DNA from: Eledone cirrhosa
Taxonomy: Eukaryota
Direction of reading: 5' to 3'
Assembly (NCBI GenBank): GCA_964016885.1
Contig: OZ024745.1
Span: 39,990,001-40,054,000, forward strand
DNA length: 64,000 nt
Shown here: in pieces, positions 1-13,754 of the stretch
Layout: the number at the start of each line of letters is the position of its first letter
How positions within the stretch are numbered: position 1 is the stretch's first letter
The notes under the pieces: generated by a model
Told to the model about the DNA's origin: nothing
What the model saw: only the letters and a program-made list of their open reading frames with translations
Database searches by the model: none
Program-made: the position numbers and the translations under genes

Positions 1-603
1 GGTTCGATCTATATCGATCCTACCCGACTCAATAATCGGCAGCTCGACGGACCCTCTTAAAATGCTATAAGAAAATGAAATACATGCTATGTGGTAAAGT
101 CAGAGTTTCAAGAGTTTGACAAAATGAGATGTTTTGATTGGTGAGAAGGATCAAGGCGATGTAGAAGGTGTTTTACATATATACATACACATACATACAC
201 ATGGGTATGGGCACATGGACTCACACTCATGTATGCAAGATATACACATACACACTCGCACACACGTATACTCACACATATATATATATTCACATATATA
301 TATATATATACACATACATGTACCGACAACACACACATACACGCACATATACACATACATGCACATATATGAGCTCACCTACACATCCGGTCAGATTTAC
401 CCATATACATATATGTAGACGTACACATACACACACATACATACACATACATATATACACACACATACACATATGCATACACATACACATAGGCATACAC
501 ATACACATATATATATATACACAGATATATATATACACACACATAGACATATGTATATACATGTGTTCACATACACACACACATACAGATAAATTTGCGT
601 ACA

Positions 604-1396
604 TCGTAATGTCCAATTGGACTAATCGAACATTCGACTTAGTTTCAATGGCACAAAGCCAGTCTATTACCTCCTTTATACAAGACCATAGGCTGAGTTT
701 AGTTCTAATCTTAAGTTCAGGTAATATTCGGTCAATGATTGATTTGCTAAGTCTACCAAGGTCCGATTTGGAGGGGGCTATGAGCCTGACCGGTAGTTTT
801 GACTGGAAGTCCGGTTTATGGTCTTTAATGGATATTCTCGGTGTCCTAGGGTTGTAAGGAAAGGTCCTGTCGTCAATACTCAGTTCGGTCATTATTGATT
901 TCGCCTGTTTATTTATGTGTGCTAGGTTTTCTCGTGTTGATGTTTTGTATATTTTAGAGATTTCGTTTGTAATCCATTTGTTGTAGGTTTTGTACTCTAA
1001 GTTATATAGGTTTCCAGTTTTATCCGCTGGTACAATAATCCCAGTGCTATTCTTGATTTTTTTAAAGGTAGAGGCGAGTCCGGACAGGAATGCACTTCTG
1101 TCAGGGTTTCGCGGTGGTTTCCTGAATCTAATTTTCAGGATCACGGTAATGATCCTGCTCTCAAATTCTTCAAGGAGTGGGTTGTGCGGTGGGATTTTCG
1201 TTGATTTGAAAAGTCTTTTTATGTGGTTGGTGGGATTGTTAATTGATCCCGGGGCCTTCCTGTTGTTGTAGTGGTAGGCCCTCCAACGGATCCTTCTGAT
1301 GACATTGTTTGTCTGCTTTAGTAATAGGTCCATGTAGACATCTTCAGAAGGCAAAGGAATGTCCTTTAGGGAGGAAGTGCTGTAGAACAATTCCAT
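604..1396 (-). pseudogene. PLE (Naiad-type) ORF N-terminus and start of RT, truncated
   Basis: MELFYSTSSLKDIPLPS..IRRIRWRAYHY..VPADKTGNLY..KDHKPDF..VRLIAPSKSDLG..VQLDI; runs into microsatellite at ~604. Confidence 0.85.
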
Positions 1397-2180
1397 GGTG
1401 TTCCGTGTAAGCGCTCGACAAATCGACTGTATTATATACCCCCCACCCCCCACCCCCCGTCTGCCTACCATATAACACACCGTAACCTCTAATCATGTAA
1501 TCATATTGCCGAACATATTACCCCAGCACCACCACCATCACCATGTCCACAACACACATCACCGTACGTCCATAAACGCTTTTCCCCCGCGTACCCTATG
1601 TCACCTTTTAACCGGTATTCGATCCGGTATATATATTTTTGTCCCTCACAACTCCACAACCACCACCACGTACGTCCATAAACGCTTTTCCCCCGCGTTC
1701 CCTATGTCACCTTTTAACCGGTATTCGATCCGGTATATATATTTTTGTCCCTCACAACTCCACCACCACCACCACAAAACACAACTCCATACTTCATCAA
1801 CACCGACAAAACATACCTCCACTCCCCAACCAACAATAGTGTGTGTGTCTGTGTGTAAGTATTTTACCTATACGGGCGTTTTAAGTGTGCGTGCATGTAC
1901 GCAAATTTATCTGTATGTGTGTGTATGTGAACACATGTATATACATATGTCTATGTGTGTATATATATATATCTGTGTATATATATATATGTGTGTATGT
2001 GTATGCATATGTGTATGTGTATGCATATGTGTATGTGTGTGTATATATGTATGTGTATGTATGTGTGTGTATGTGTACGTTTACATATATGTATATGGGT
2101 AAATCTGACTGTATGTGTAGGTGAGCTCATATATGTGCATGTATGTGTATATGTGCGTGTATGTGTGTGTTGTCGGTACA

Positions 2181-2211
<31 letters not shown>

Positions 2212-2974
2212 GTGTATATATATATATATGTGTTAGTATACCTGTGTGCGAGTGTGTATGTGTATATCTTGCATACATGAGTGTGAGTCCATGTGCCCAT
2301 ACCCATGTGTATGTATGTGTATGTATATATGTAAAACACCTTCTACATCGCCTCTCACCTTCCCCCCATCTCTGTCGTTCGCGACCCCCACCGATACTCC
2401 CCCACTCTCCATATTCGTGTCCGCATGCGCGCATGCGCGCATGCACATACATGTGTGTACATATACATATGGCTGTGTGTGAGCGTATGCCGATATGTGT
2501 GGGCAAGGATGTGCGTGTGTGTCTTATGTTGTGTGTGTTTATACAACAATATATGTGCACATATATACATATATGTGTGTACGTATACGTATATACAAGG
2601 TATCTGTCAGACGAAGAGCGTCTAACTATGTATCTATGTAAGGACCTGACGCCACCAATACATCCACCACACCACCAAAAACGCCGCTACCATAGACAAA
2701 GGCACCACTACCACACCCCCACACACACGCCACCCGTCTACTGACAATCCACTAACCTCACACCACAGCCTATCCCACTAAATAACCTTAACCACCACCA
2801 TATCTTCACATCCACCCCCACATACTCTACACGCCAAGGCCAACCCACCACCACCACACCACAGCCCACCTCATCCACAGACCGTCACCAACATCTCACC
2901 ATCACACCCACCCCCATATACACTACAGGCCAGTACATCGCCTTGATCCTTCTCACCAATCAAAACATCTCATC

Positions 2975-3388
2975 GGGGAGTGCCTCGTTAAGAATATTGT
3001 TTACCGGTGCGATGTCACTGCCGGCAATAAGGAGTACTCATATATAGGTGCGACATCCACTACGTTTAAGGAGCGCTGGTATAACCACAGAGGTTCCTTC
3101 AAACATAGATCGAAACGACCCCAAACTAAACTGGCCGATCCGATATGGGACCTCAAGGACAGGAATATTGAACCCCGGATCTCGTGGTCAGTAAAAAGAC
3201 ATGTGGCATACATCCCCAGTGACAGAAACCACTGCAGATTGTGCCTAGCTGAGGCGGCGGAAATTATTAAACTTGATTCCGCCATAAACTATAGGTCGGA
3301 CATAATTGTCAATTGCAGACACACTAGGATGCACACCACCATCACCATCACCACCACCAAAATTCACATCAACATACACACCTCATAG
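2975..3388 (+). pseudogene. PLE GIY-YIG endonuclease C-terminal segment
   Basis: Open frame GECLVKNIVYRCDV..YSYIGATSTTFKERWYNH..CRLCLAE..NCRH, in frame with ORF 3203..3388. Confidence 0.85.
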
Positions 3389-4341
3389 TTGCAACATCGT
3401 ATTAAATCGGTACCATATGATACGTTCTACCTTGCAATCCACAATGACAAGAGACCTTGTAAATACAATGTCGATCATATCACACCATCGCCACCACCAC
3501 CATACCACACATCGTCATTTGCATACCATACACGCCTACATCCTCATCCCCCCATGTTCCCTCTATCTACCCTAATTGCAACCCCACGCTAAATTCAACC
3601 CTGTAACTGTACTGTCGCACGCACACACAACCACCGCCACCACTAAATACATCCACATACTTCAACAATCATTATCATTACATCATCAACACATATCATC
3701 CCTCGCTCCCAAATCGACTGTATTATATACCCCCCACCCCCCGTCTGCCTACCATATAACACACCGTAACCTCTAATCATGTAATCATCTTGCCGAACAT
3801 ATCACCCCAGCACCACCACCATCACCATGTCCACAACACACATCGCCGTACGTCCATAAACGGTTTTCCCCCGCGTACCGTATTCGATCCGGTATATATA
3901 TTTTTGTCCCTCACAACTCCACAACCACCACCACAAAACACAACTCCATACTTCATCAACACCGACAAAACATACCTCCACTCCCCAACCAACAATAGTG
4001 TGTGTGTCTGTGTGTAAGTATTTTACCTATACGGGCGTTTTAAGTGTGCGTGCATGTACGCAAATGTATCTGTATGTGTGTGTATGTGAACACATATATA
4101 TATACATATGTCTATGTGTGTATATATATATCTGTGTATATATATATATATGTGTGTATGTGTATGCATATGTGTATGTGTATGCATATGTGTATGTGTG
4201 TGTATATATGTATGTGTATGTATGTGTGTGTATGTGTACGTCTACATATATGTATATGGGTAAATCTGACTGTATGTGTAGGTGAGCTCATATATGTGCA
4301 TGTATGTGTATATGTGCGTGTATGTGTGTGTTGTCGGTACA

Positions 4342-4404
<63 letters not shown>

Positions 4405-5220
4405 ATATATATATATATGTGTTAGTATACCTGTGAGCGAGTGTGTATGTGTATATCTTGCATACATGAGTGTGAGTCCATGTGCCCATACCCATGTGTA
4501 TGTATGTGTATGTATATATGTAAAACAACTTCTACATCGCCTCTCACCTTCCCCCCATCTCTGTCGTTCGCCACCCCCACCGATACTCCCCCACTCTCCA
4601 TATTCGTGTCCGCATGCGCGCATGCACATACATGTGTGTACATATACATATGGCTGTGTGTGAGCGTATGCCGATATGTGTGGGCAAGGATGTGCGTGTG
4701 TGTCTTATGTTGTGTGTGTTTATACAACAATATATGTGCACATATATACATATATGTGTGTACGTATACGTATATACAAGGTATCTGTCAGACGAAGAGC
4801 GTCTAACTATGTATCTATATAAGGACCTGACGCCACCAATACATCCACCACACCACCAAAAACGCCGCTACCATAGACAAAGGCACCACTACCACACCCC
4901 CACCCACACGCCACCCGTCTACTGACAATCCACTAACCTCACACCACAGCCTATCCCACTAAATAACCTTAACCACCACCATATCTTCACATCCACCCCC
5001 ACATACTCTACACGCCAAGGCCAACCCACCACCACCACCACAGCCCACCTCATCCACAGACCGTCACCAACATCTCACCATCACACCCACCCCCATATAC
5101 ACTACAGGCCAGTACATCGCCTTGATCCTTCTCACCAATCAAAACATCTCATTTTGTCAAACTCTTGAAACTCTGACTTTATCACATAGCATGTATTTCA
5201 TTTTCTTATAGCATTTTAAG

Positions 5221-5308
5221 AGGGTCTGTCGAGCTGCCGATTATTGAGTCGGGTAGGATCGATATAGATCGAACCTTGAGCTGATCAGTGGCGAAACGCG
5301 CGTCACCT
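5221..5308 (+). ncRNA. Type I hammerhead ribozyme in pLTR (core point-mutated)
   Basis: agggt-CTGtCGA-gctgccgat...atcagtggc-GAAA-cgcgcg-TC-acct; other copies at 1-58 (-, partial) and 60872-60959 (-). Confidence 0.7.
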
Positions 5309-5462
5309 ATCAATAAATGCAATGAAGGACTAATCAATCGTCCTTTTTATCCTTTCTATATTTTACACTCTGTATAGCTCTACACATCATCACAGAAGTG
5401 AACCTAAACATCGAGTGCTCACCCGGGTGAACCTGCGGTAACTCCTAGTTACACCCACTGGG

Positions 5463-5487
<25 letters not shown>

Positions 5488-5493
<6 letters not shown>

Positions 5494-6710
5494 TTACATG
5501 GGGAGAGTCATATTGTTGTAATAATATTGACAGAATTAATAACAGGACACATCACTGCTAGGTTGGTTTTCGCTTCTGTATCTTTTAAATCAGTTAATTT
5601 ATTCGGTCCTCAATGTTACCATTGACTGACCAACGGTCAAGAAATATAGATATAATATAGACATAAACAAAGTTCTTTAGTTGAACATCTGCAACATCGT
5701 CAGTGGTGCTATTATTATATTCCTCCTGTTGTATTGTATATCCCCGCCATCTTTATTTAATCCGTTTATTTATTTATTTATTTATTTATTTATCTTCTCT
5801 GCTCATGCGTTTGCGTGTGTGTATAGTGTTTGGTGTTGTTCGCGTTTGCCTGACTGTGTTTTGGTTATTGTAGTCTATCTTAGTTTACTAGTGTGTGTTT
5901 ATATGTGTTTGTTGTTTTTGTGCTTGTGTATATATTTATTTATTTATTTATATTTCTCTTAGGTCAATATTGTTGGTTTGGGTTATTTCATTCATTTTTT
6001 CTGTTTAGCTTTGGCCTTCTAAGTTCTATTTCACTTGCCCCTCTGATTTGTCTATCGGCTGGGTCATTTCTATGTTTAGATATTATTTTAATATCTATGT
6101 TGTCTATGTTACCGTCATGTTGTTGACTGGCGTGTTCATATAGTACTGAACCGTTTTTTCGTACTTTTAGTCCCTAGTGTTGGTCTATCTTTTCACCTAT
6201 GCTACGAGCTGTCTCGCCTATGAATGTTGTTGTCATGTTTCTGCAAGTACCCTCTGTACATATTATGCTATAGACTACGTTTCTAGTTTACAGTTTATCC
6301 GGTGGGGTTTACTTTACATATCATACATTTCCTATTAGTACAGTGGGTTTTCTTAAAAGAGTATGTTTTGCTGATCAGGGATTTTATTGTAGTACCTGGC
6401 TTTTCTACCACCTTAATCTTTAAGCGGGTCTTTCTCAGGACCTTTCTACACTGGTTAGCTAATTTCCCTCCAGGGGTAGCTTCCGCGAACATGACACTCT
6501 GGTATCTCTGGTTGTCGTACCATGAGGTGGCTTTCCCTATCTTATGTTTAGTCCTATCTAAGCTATTCCATGATTTGCTACAGTATAATGAGCAAATTCC
6601 TTTCATGTCCAGTTCTATGAGTGTCTTACACTTCTCTGTGGCTCCTTCGTATACTCTGATTCAGTATCTTTGGTTGTCGTGTCTGTGTAAACGCATAACT
6701 TTCTAATTTA
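5488..6710 (-). mobile_element. 5'-truncated PLE of a second lineage (Neptune/Nematis-like): linker, GIY-YIG and 3' pLTR
   Basis: ORF 6295..6606 SVMFAEATPGGKLA..KIKVVEKPG..C..C.IC, then VYSIIC..FIGETARSIGE; 5488-6175 homologous to 48175-48935. Confidence 0.75.
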
Positions 6711-7473
6711 TGTAGATCGGAAACGGAGATATCAGACAGATAAAATAAATAGTTTAAACATACGAAAATGATATTGATCTGAAGAATGTTTTAATTCTAA
6801 AAGAAGTGACATATTATTATCATGGTGAAAGACACATAATATAGCGACTAATCATTCAATGTATTTTCAGACTTGAGTAAATAAACAGAACTTTATATCT
6901 TTGTTTACATTTTAGCATCTATCGTAGAAAGCGTTATGGACAGATGAAGTATGAAACAGTGAATCAAAGATCCGTCTTTGGAGAAACGGTGAATGACATT
7001 TGCGAAAGTCATAGACATATATTTATTGAATTTTGCCTGAATAGAAATAATGACTATTGTGATTGAAAACCCAACAGGAGAAAGAAGATAGCCAGAAAGT
7101 CTGAGTGCGTGATATAAGTCATATTAAACATATTTTTTTCTTTCGAATGGGAGCCAAATATACTTTCATTGTACTTCGTTGTTCAGGGAGAGGATAATAA
7201 TTGTGGGGTAATATTAAAGTATAGCACAATTGATTATTTTCATGATATATAAAATATCGGGTGCTTTAGCTCAAAGGAAATAAACGGAATATAGATTACC
7301 ATTCGTACACCTATATATATAAAGTACCATAAAACGTTTATAAGACGAGGTAGATCACGATAATGTTGGCGAATTAGAAGGTACAGAACCGTGCACAACA
7401 TAGAACCAGAAATGGTTACTATATAGTTTTAAGCATATATCTCTGAATGCATGTCATACGTGTATATATGTAT

Positions 7474-7528
<55 letters not shown>

Positions 7529-7695
7529 TATATATGTATATATATATATATGTGTGTGTATATATATATAATAAATGTATGTGTTCCTACATGTAAATAA
7601 TACACTTAGGGATACAAGTATAGTCCGACCGTATGCTAGTGTGGTTCAATGGCAAGTTAATCAATTTCAAAAAGTTCACTGTACTTACTATATGT

Positions 7696-7776
7696 GCCTT
7701 TACCGCGGTTTCAGATCCCAAACAAATAGATAATCCAAGCGGATTTCTATTGACAAAGAGATCCTCGTCAGAAGGC
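7696..7776 (-). ncRNA. Type I hammerhead ribozyme
   Basis: Reverse complement reads gcctt-CTGACGA-ggatct..ggatct-GAAA-ccgcgg-TA-aaggc. Confidence 0.85.
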
Positions 7777-7907
7777 TTTTCTCCGTCTTTGCACGCGGAA
7801 CTATACAACACTGTTTCATCATTCATTTGCTCTCATTCTGGGGCAGGTTTGTACGGCGCCAGTTTGTAATTTGAACTCAGGAATTTTATATTCTACGAGA
7901 GAGAAAA

Positions 7908-7993
7908 GCCTTCTGACGAGGTTCTATTTATCAATGGAAATCCGCTTGTATTATCTATATTGGGGGGGGGGGATCTGAAACCGCGGTAAAGGC
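7908..7993 (+). ncRNA. Type I hammerhead ribozyme
   Basis: gcctt-CTGACGA-ggttc..gatct-GAAA-ccgcgg-TA-aaggc. Confidence 0.8.
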
Positions 7994-8377
7994 ACATATA
8001 GTAAGTACAGTGAATTTTTCGAAATCTCTTTTCAGATTTTTTCTTTATTTGCTTTCCCTTGATTTTATATGTTCTGGTTTGTTAATTTATTAACTTGCCA
8101 TTGAACCACATGGCATAAGGTCGGACTATACTTGTATCCCTATGTGTATTATTTACATGTAGGAACACATACTTTTAGTATTAATCTCTCTGACAGTAGA
8201 GAAACCTTTGGTCATTTTAACGGCCGCTATTTTTAGTAGCAAGAAATTGACCTGTACTTTTCACAAAGTACTAGACAAAATTATTTCATCATTCATTTGC
8301 TCTCATTCTGGGGCAGTTTTGTATGGCGCCAGTTTGTAATTTGACCTCGGGAATTTTATATTTTCCGAGGGAGAAAA

Positions 8378-8457
8378 GCCTCCTAACGAGGATCTCTTTC
8401 TCAATGAAAATCCGGTTGGATTATCTATTTGTTTGGGTCTGAAACCGCGGTAAAGGC
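8378..8457 (+). ncRNA. Degenerate hammerhead ribozyme (core CTAACGA)
   Basis: gcctc-CTaACGA-ggatct..ggtct-GAAA-ccgcgg-TA-aaggc. Confidence 0.65.
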
Positions 8458-8525
8458 ACATATAGTAAGTACAGTGAATTTTTTGAAATTTATTTTAAAA
8501 TGTTTTCTTTATTTGCTTTCCCTTG

Positions 8526-8604
<79 letters not shown>

Positions 8605-8726
8605 GAGTTTTTGTGTGTATATATGTGTGTCAGCTGAATCTGCACGTTGTATTAGCCAGTGTTTTATTAATGTACAATATATTAATGTAGTTTGTCACAT
8701 GAAAACTGCAGCAATACTGCACCCAC

Positions 8727-8763
<37 letters not shown>

Positions 8764-10609
8764 CGTGTGTGTGTGTATGACTGTATGTATGTGTGTGCGC
8801 GCGCGTGTGTGTGCCTGTGTGTGCATTTAGTTTATTTAGAAAATACTTGGATGAACATGAACATATACATACATGAGTATATCTAAATACTTGGCATCTC
8901 TTAGAATCCCTATTTGTGTGTCCATCGACATCCCTATTTATCATTCAGTGTCAAGAATGATGTCGATGCCATACATATTTAACGTGAATAACGGTTCGAT
9001 GGAGAAAGTCGATACATTCTCAACAGTTCTACTGAAAGCAGGTTGGAAATGGACGAAATAAAAAAAAAAGCATTTAATTCTTATATATAAACCTGTGGTA
9101 CTCGTTCTATCTCTCTGTTCATTTGAAATTAGGTTGAGATTCACATTGCAATAGAGTCTCTCTCTCACGTTTCGCCAACTCATTATTTGTCTCTCTCTTT
9201 ATTTTATGAAAAACAGTGTCGTTAGCCCAAGAAGAAAATATATGCACACAATGCATATATTAGCACGGAGTCCCAATCACACAGGCATTAACATTTTAAT
9301 TTTGAAATGCAGTGAATATGAACACAATATTAATGGCAGGGTTTTCTTTTTTGTCTTAGTAGATCGTATACGGTACGTGTTAAAATATATTTAATAAATC
9401 TAACTGATCAAATGAGGGAGATTAAATCTAGTCCCATTGATCATGTTTTAAGTTTGAATTTCCATGGTCATCTTTGCTCCATATATACTACTCTACATGC
9501 TTGCTTATTTCGGTTTTTACACAGTATTATACATATGTTCATTACCCAGAGAAAATAATGTTCATGTATCATTTATTGTTCAAACATATGCTTTATTCCT
9601 GTATCTCTATATTCTCTAGTACATAATTGGAAAATTCTCAGCTTCAAAATGCGGTTAGCAGAAATACTTAGCCCATGTATTACCTAATTATAAATATTAA
9701 TTCATTACAGCTTTGAAGGTATTCATTTTAAATTGCGTCAGAAATATTAAATGATGTAAACATGTTCGAAGATTAAATTCACCGTGATAGTGGTAATGGA
9801 GAATATGTTATTAAATATCTTAAATTGGACATTAAGTGTGTCCATAAGTCGATAATAATAAATATGCATGTCTTCAATTTCTGATGTGTGACAGAAGCAA
9901 TTATTCTTGTTAGTGTTCGTCTCCGCTTCAGACACTTTCGAGTATCTCAATAGTTCTCCATATTGAGCTATGAGATTCAGTAATTACCTATAATGTATTA
10001 AACAATGCGGAAGTTTTTGCAATGTGTAATATATGCTTACGTACCCATGGTTAGGTAGACAAATATTTACATATAATAACATTTGCTCGATTTCAGAAGT
10101 GATGGTAAGAAGAATTCTTATATATCTTAATAGAAAACACGTGTTTATCACATAAAAAAGCATAAGTATGCAAATTTATTAATATATATATATGTGTGTG
10201 TGGAAAACTATTCTGTATTATGTAATGTGGCACATATGTAAGTGCGCCATTGTTCCTGAACATTCTGGTCACTAGAGAAAGAAAAAGAAACAAGAGAATG
10301 TTGTCTTGAAGTGCAGAGGTTTAGTGGGCAATATGATTGTGAATGTAGTACTGCTGTTTATGATTACTGGATATCCAGGCCGTGACTTTTCATGATGAAA
10401 ATACGAATCACTTAAGATGTAAGCAGTCATTAAAGGCCTCATTCTTCGGTTTAGGTATATGTGTGAGGATTTTAAACCTTGTAGAATCATGAATTTCTCA
10501 TTAGTGCAAGGAGTACATTACTTTGAACCGTTAATATATGGGTAGGATTTTCCAACATTATCTATATTAGAATAGAAATAGTATTTAGCTCCAGGCATAG
10601 CTCTATACA

Positions 10610-11047
10610 GATATGTACAGAAATTTCGTATTTCAAAAGAAGCACAGTATGTTTATAGGATAAACATTTAGGAAGCCGTAGCCATGCAAACACCGGGGCT
10701 AACGTCCTATGGTGTAGTCCAGCAGAAGGAAGTGGGACAACCATCTATGCATTTCAGACTTGCTCTGTATATGTAGCTTCATACGCAGATGGGATTAATA
10801 AACTCATTTACACAGACGAGAAAATTATATATTCTCGACTGTTCTCAAGTCCAGCAGTTGCAAGCGTAGGAGGGACCGTCCAGATGAAGACCCGTCAAGT
10901 CTGAAATGCATAGACGGTTGTACCCCTTGCTTCTGCTAGATACCACCAGTGGGGGGTTGGCTCCGGTGTTTGCATAGCGACGGCTTCCTAAATATTTATC
11001 CTATAATCATACCGTGTTTCTTTTGAAATACGAAATTTCTATACATT
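10610..11047. mobile_element. Fold-back PLE pLTR remnant
   Basis: ~10612-10762 is an imperfect inverted repeat of ~10896-11047; contains a hammerhead. Confidence 0.65.
10875..10918 (+). ncRNA. Minimal type I hammerhead ribozyme (U4A variant)
   Basis: accgtc-CAGATGA-agac ccgtcaa gtct-GAAA-tgca-TA-gacggt; 6-bp stem I. Confidence 0.65.
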
Positions 11048-11149
11048 CTTAATATTTATTTCTTTTGTAAAATTTTGTCAGTCAACGTCCAGACCAATCA
11101 TGCCATGCAAGGGCCGTAGTCGTCTTTATCTCATGGTAGCTAATGGTGA

Positions 11150-11830
11150 GACATGTGAGTAGATATATGTTGTGAATATATTGTGCAGACCTCTGCTTGG
11201 TTGGGGGAAACACGTCCCTATTCGACCTCATATTCTATGGAATTAGATTTCAAGTTATCTTGCAGAGGACATTCTTCCTTTTTATTGCAGAAACATCCTG
11301 GTTCTTCTATCGGTTTGCCTTCTGTCAGTTATTATTGATCTTAAAGAAGTGTCGCCAGGATATTTCATCTTCAAGGAATGTATCCTGAATAATTTGCTAT
11401 GGCTACATTGGGTAGATGTAAATCCATGATGTCAAATAGCTACATTAATATTTAAGTTTAAGGAGTTGCTGGAGGGAATTAATTTATTTCTCTATTACTA
11501 TTTTTAGTTCTCTTTTGGATCCGTGTGGGTAAACGTTTTCTTCATAATCTTGTCTTTAGACTCGCTATCTAGCATGACCTTACTTTGGTCCGGTACTGCC
11601 TTCTGGAAAGTCTCATCGAGGATGAAACTTATTAATCGTACAGCACATATTAGGGATTAGATTTTACAAAATAACGAGCGGGAACTGACATGAATCTCAG
11701 TAAATACATTGGGTTATTGAAGAGATTTTAAGAACAATTGGCCAAGCCAAAATTCACGTCTAGTCCCTCAGTAATAACACAGATTCATATCTAGAGGATT
11801 TTTATATCCTAGATAACGAAATAATTTTTA
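11150..11830 (-). pseudogene. Highly degenerate Naiad-type RT remnant
   Basis: Minus-strand traces VRLI, FDIMD and AEVC occur in the order expected for RLINP/QFDI.DFY/GAEVC. Confidence 0.35.
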
Positions 11831-11981
11831 TTCAATCCTTACGAAACTTATATAGAGAATGACTTTTGCAATCGTGGAGTAAAAGGCACGTCGTCTCATT
11901 GTAGAAGAATAGTAATATTTGGAAAATTATAATTAAATGAAGAATATGTGAACCAACTAGATTGATATGCATCAGCAGGTG

Positions 11982-12054
<73 letters not shown>

Positions 12055-12222
12055 TATCAACATTTTGCTTCAGCACAACATTATACATACATGTTTGTAA
12101 ATTCCGTATCTGACTATATACTTCGTGTTTAAAAGCCTACATAAAAATGATCATACTGTATAACAGACAAACGCACACGCATATATATATATACACATAT
12201 ATATATACATATATATATGTAA

Positions 12223-12262
<40 letters not shown>

Positions 12263-13286
12263 TATATTATATTATATTATATTATATTATATCATATATA
12301 TAAAACAAGGTGGCAATCCGCAGGAGGCCAATAAAGTAAATAATAAATACAATTAATATATTTACTACCCCTAAGAAAATTAATCATATTTAGATATATC
12401 GATTTTTAGCAGAGCATGTAGAACCGTTAGAACGCACATATGCATAGCTTTATATACATACATATATCAAGTATGAAAACCGATATAATTCTGTCGGGCA
12501 AAAATCCGGTATTATCGGCGTTAACTCAAATTCTCTCAGTGAATAGGCTACAGATATAATTTTTCTTAACCTCACATGTATTACATTTATAGGCATAGAA
12601 ATCCAAAACCTGCTCTTTTTTCGCTGTAATGTGGCACCATATTTTAAACCAAATGTACTACAATAATAAATTATGTCTATGTGTATGTGGTTGTCATACG
12701 AATTTCATCGGTATGTGTTGCTCATACATTTTTGTCATTCAATCGGGGAATTAATGGGAGAGCCTATAAACGTTGTTCTCCTGGATGTTGGAAAGAATGG
12801 GAGACCGTATCCACAGCCCTCTTCATTGGACGAGTGTTTGCAAAGGGTTAAGCAGTCAAACATCTTCACATCGACGAGTTTCACATCGATATGCCCGACC
12901 AAATATTATGTATAATCATCGGATAATACCACCTGTTATGCACCTAGTTACGCTAATCCCTACGAGATGATCAAAACCCGAAGACCATAATTACAAAGAC
13001 GCATTACTCATCACACAGCCGTTTCTTGAGCGGAATATTCGCCACTGACTTACTTCACTGTGGGCCGTACCCAGATAATTGTGTCTAGTACATAATCAAG
13101 TGTGTACTCCTTTGCAATATTTCGGCCCAACACTCATCTTTCTGTTCATGATTAATTTTTGTAACTTATATAGTTGAGAACATCTTTTACTCTACTCTTT
13201 TCTTCAATGACTGTCGTAAACTTACACCTACGTATATTTCACCAAGAATATTTTCTTAAACATAAAGGACACCACGGAAATATCCC

Positions 13287-13287
<1 letters not shown>

Positions 13288-13349
<62 letters not shown>
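13288..13349 (+). repeat. (TAA)n microsatellite at start of R4/Dong array
   Basis: Pure TAA run. Confidence 0.95.
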
Positions 13350-13350
<1 letters not shown>

Positions 13351-13700
13351 CTGGTGGTTTTGGACAAGGAAAACAGATCGTGCCTGATGTGGATGTGGTC
13401 TGCCCATTCGACACGAGAGTGCAAGAGAAGGAGAGGGAGAAAATTAACCGATACCAGGACTTAAAGTGGGAGGTAAAAATGATTGTCATAGGCGCACTAG
13501 GTACTATCTCAAAAAGTTTCCATGGATGGTTAAAGAAAATTGGCCCCGCCCTGCTTTTTGGAACACTTCAAAAGGCCTATTTGCTGGGAACAGCAAGAAC
13601 ACTCCGATATGTCCTGAATATCTAAGGCTGCATGTAGTGGCTTGATATTCATTTCAACAAACTTTCCAGTTAACTAACATCAATGACTGAGACTCAAAGA
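13350..13700 (+). mobile_element. R4/Dong family B 3' fragment with (TAA)n tail
   Basis: LVVLDKENRSC..DVVCPFD..KINRYQDL..IGALG..LGTARTLRYVL*, conserved 3' UTR. Confidence 0.85.
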
Positions 13701-13702
13701 AC

Positions 13703-13754
<52 letters not shown>

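Larger units (their letters stand above)
1..5462. mobile_element. Rearranged Naiad-type Penelope-like element: inverted 5' part (1-1420, minus) plus two tandem microsatellite-rich pLTR copies flanking a GIY-YIG segment (plus)
   Basis: 1-150 is the reverse complement of ~5125-5275 and 150-600 of ~1895-2350; 1410-2973 is duplicated at 3711-5152; RT N-terminus on minus, endonuclease on plus; ends in (TA)n at 5463. Confidence 0.85.
7575..8530. mobile_element. Non-coding PLE pLTR/retrozyme-like unit: one inverted and two tandem (~470 bp period) copies, each with a hammerhead
   Basis: 7577-7790 is inverted relative to ~7896-8172; 7815-8070 repeats at 8285-8530; (TA)n on both sides. Confidence 0.75.

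Noticed and set aside
5281-5304. CTGATCA..GAAAC as a minimal hammerhead core
   Set aside because: No stem I; the better fold uses the upstream core at 5226 with this segment as stem II
12670-13287. Possible old LINE remnant preceding the Dong array
   Set aside because: No convincing motif could be read
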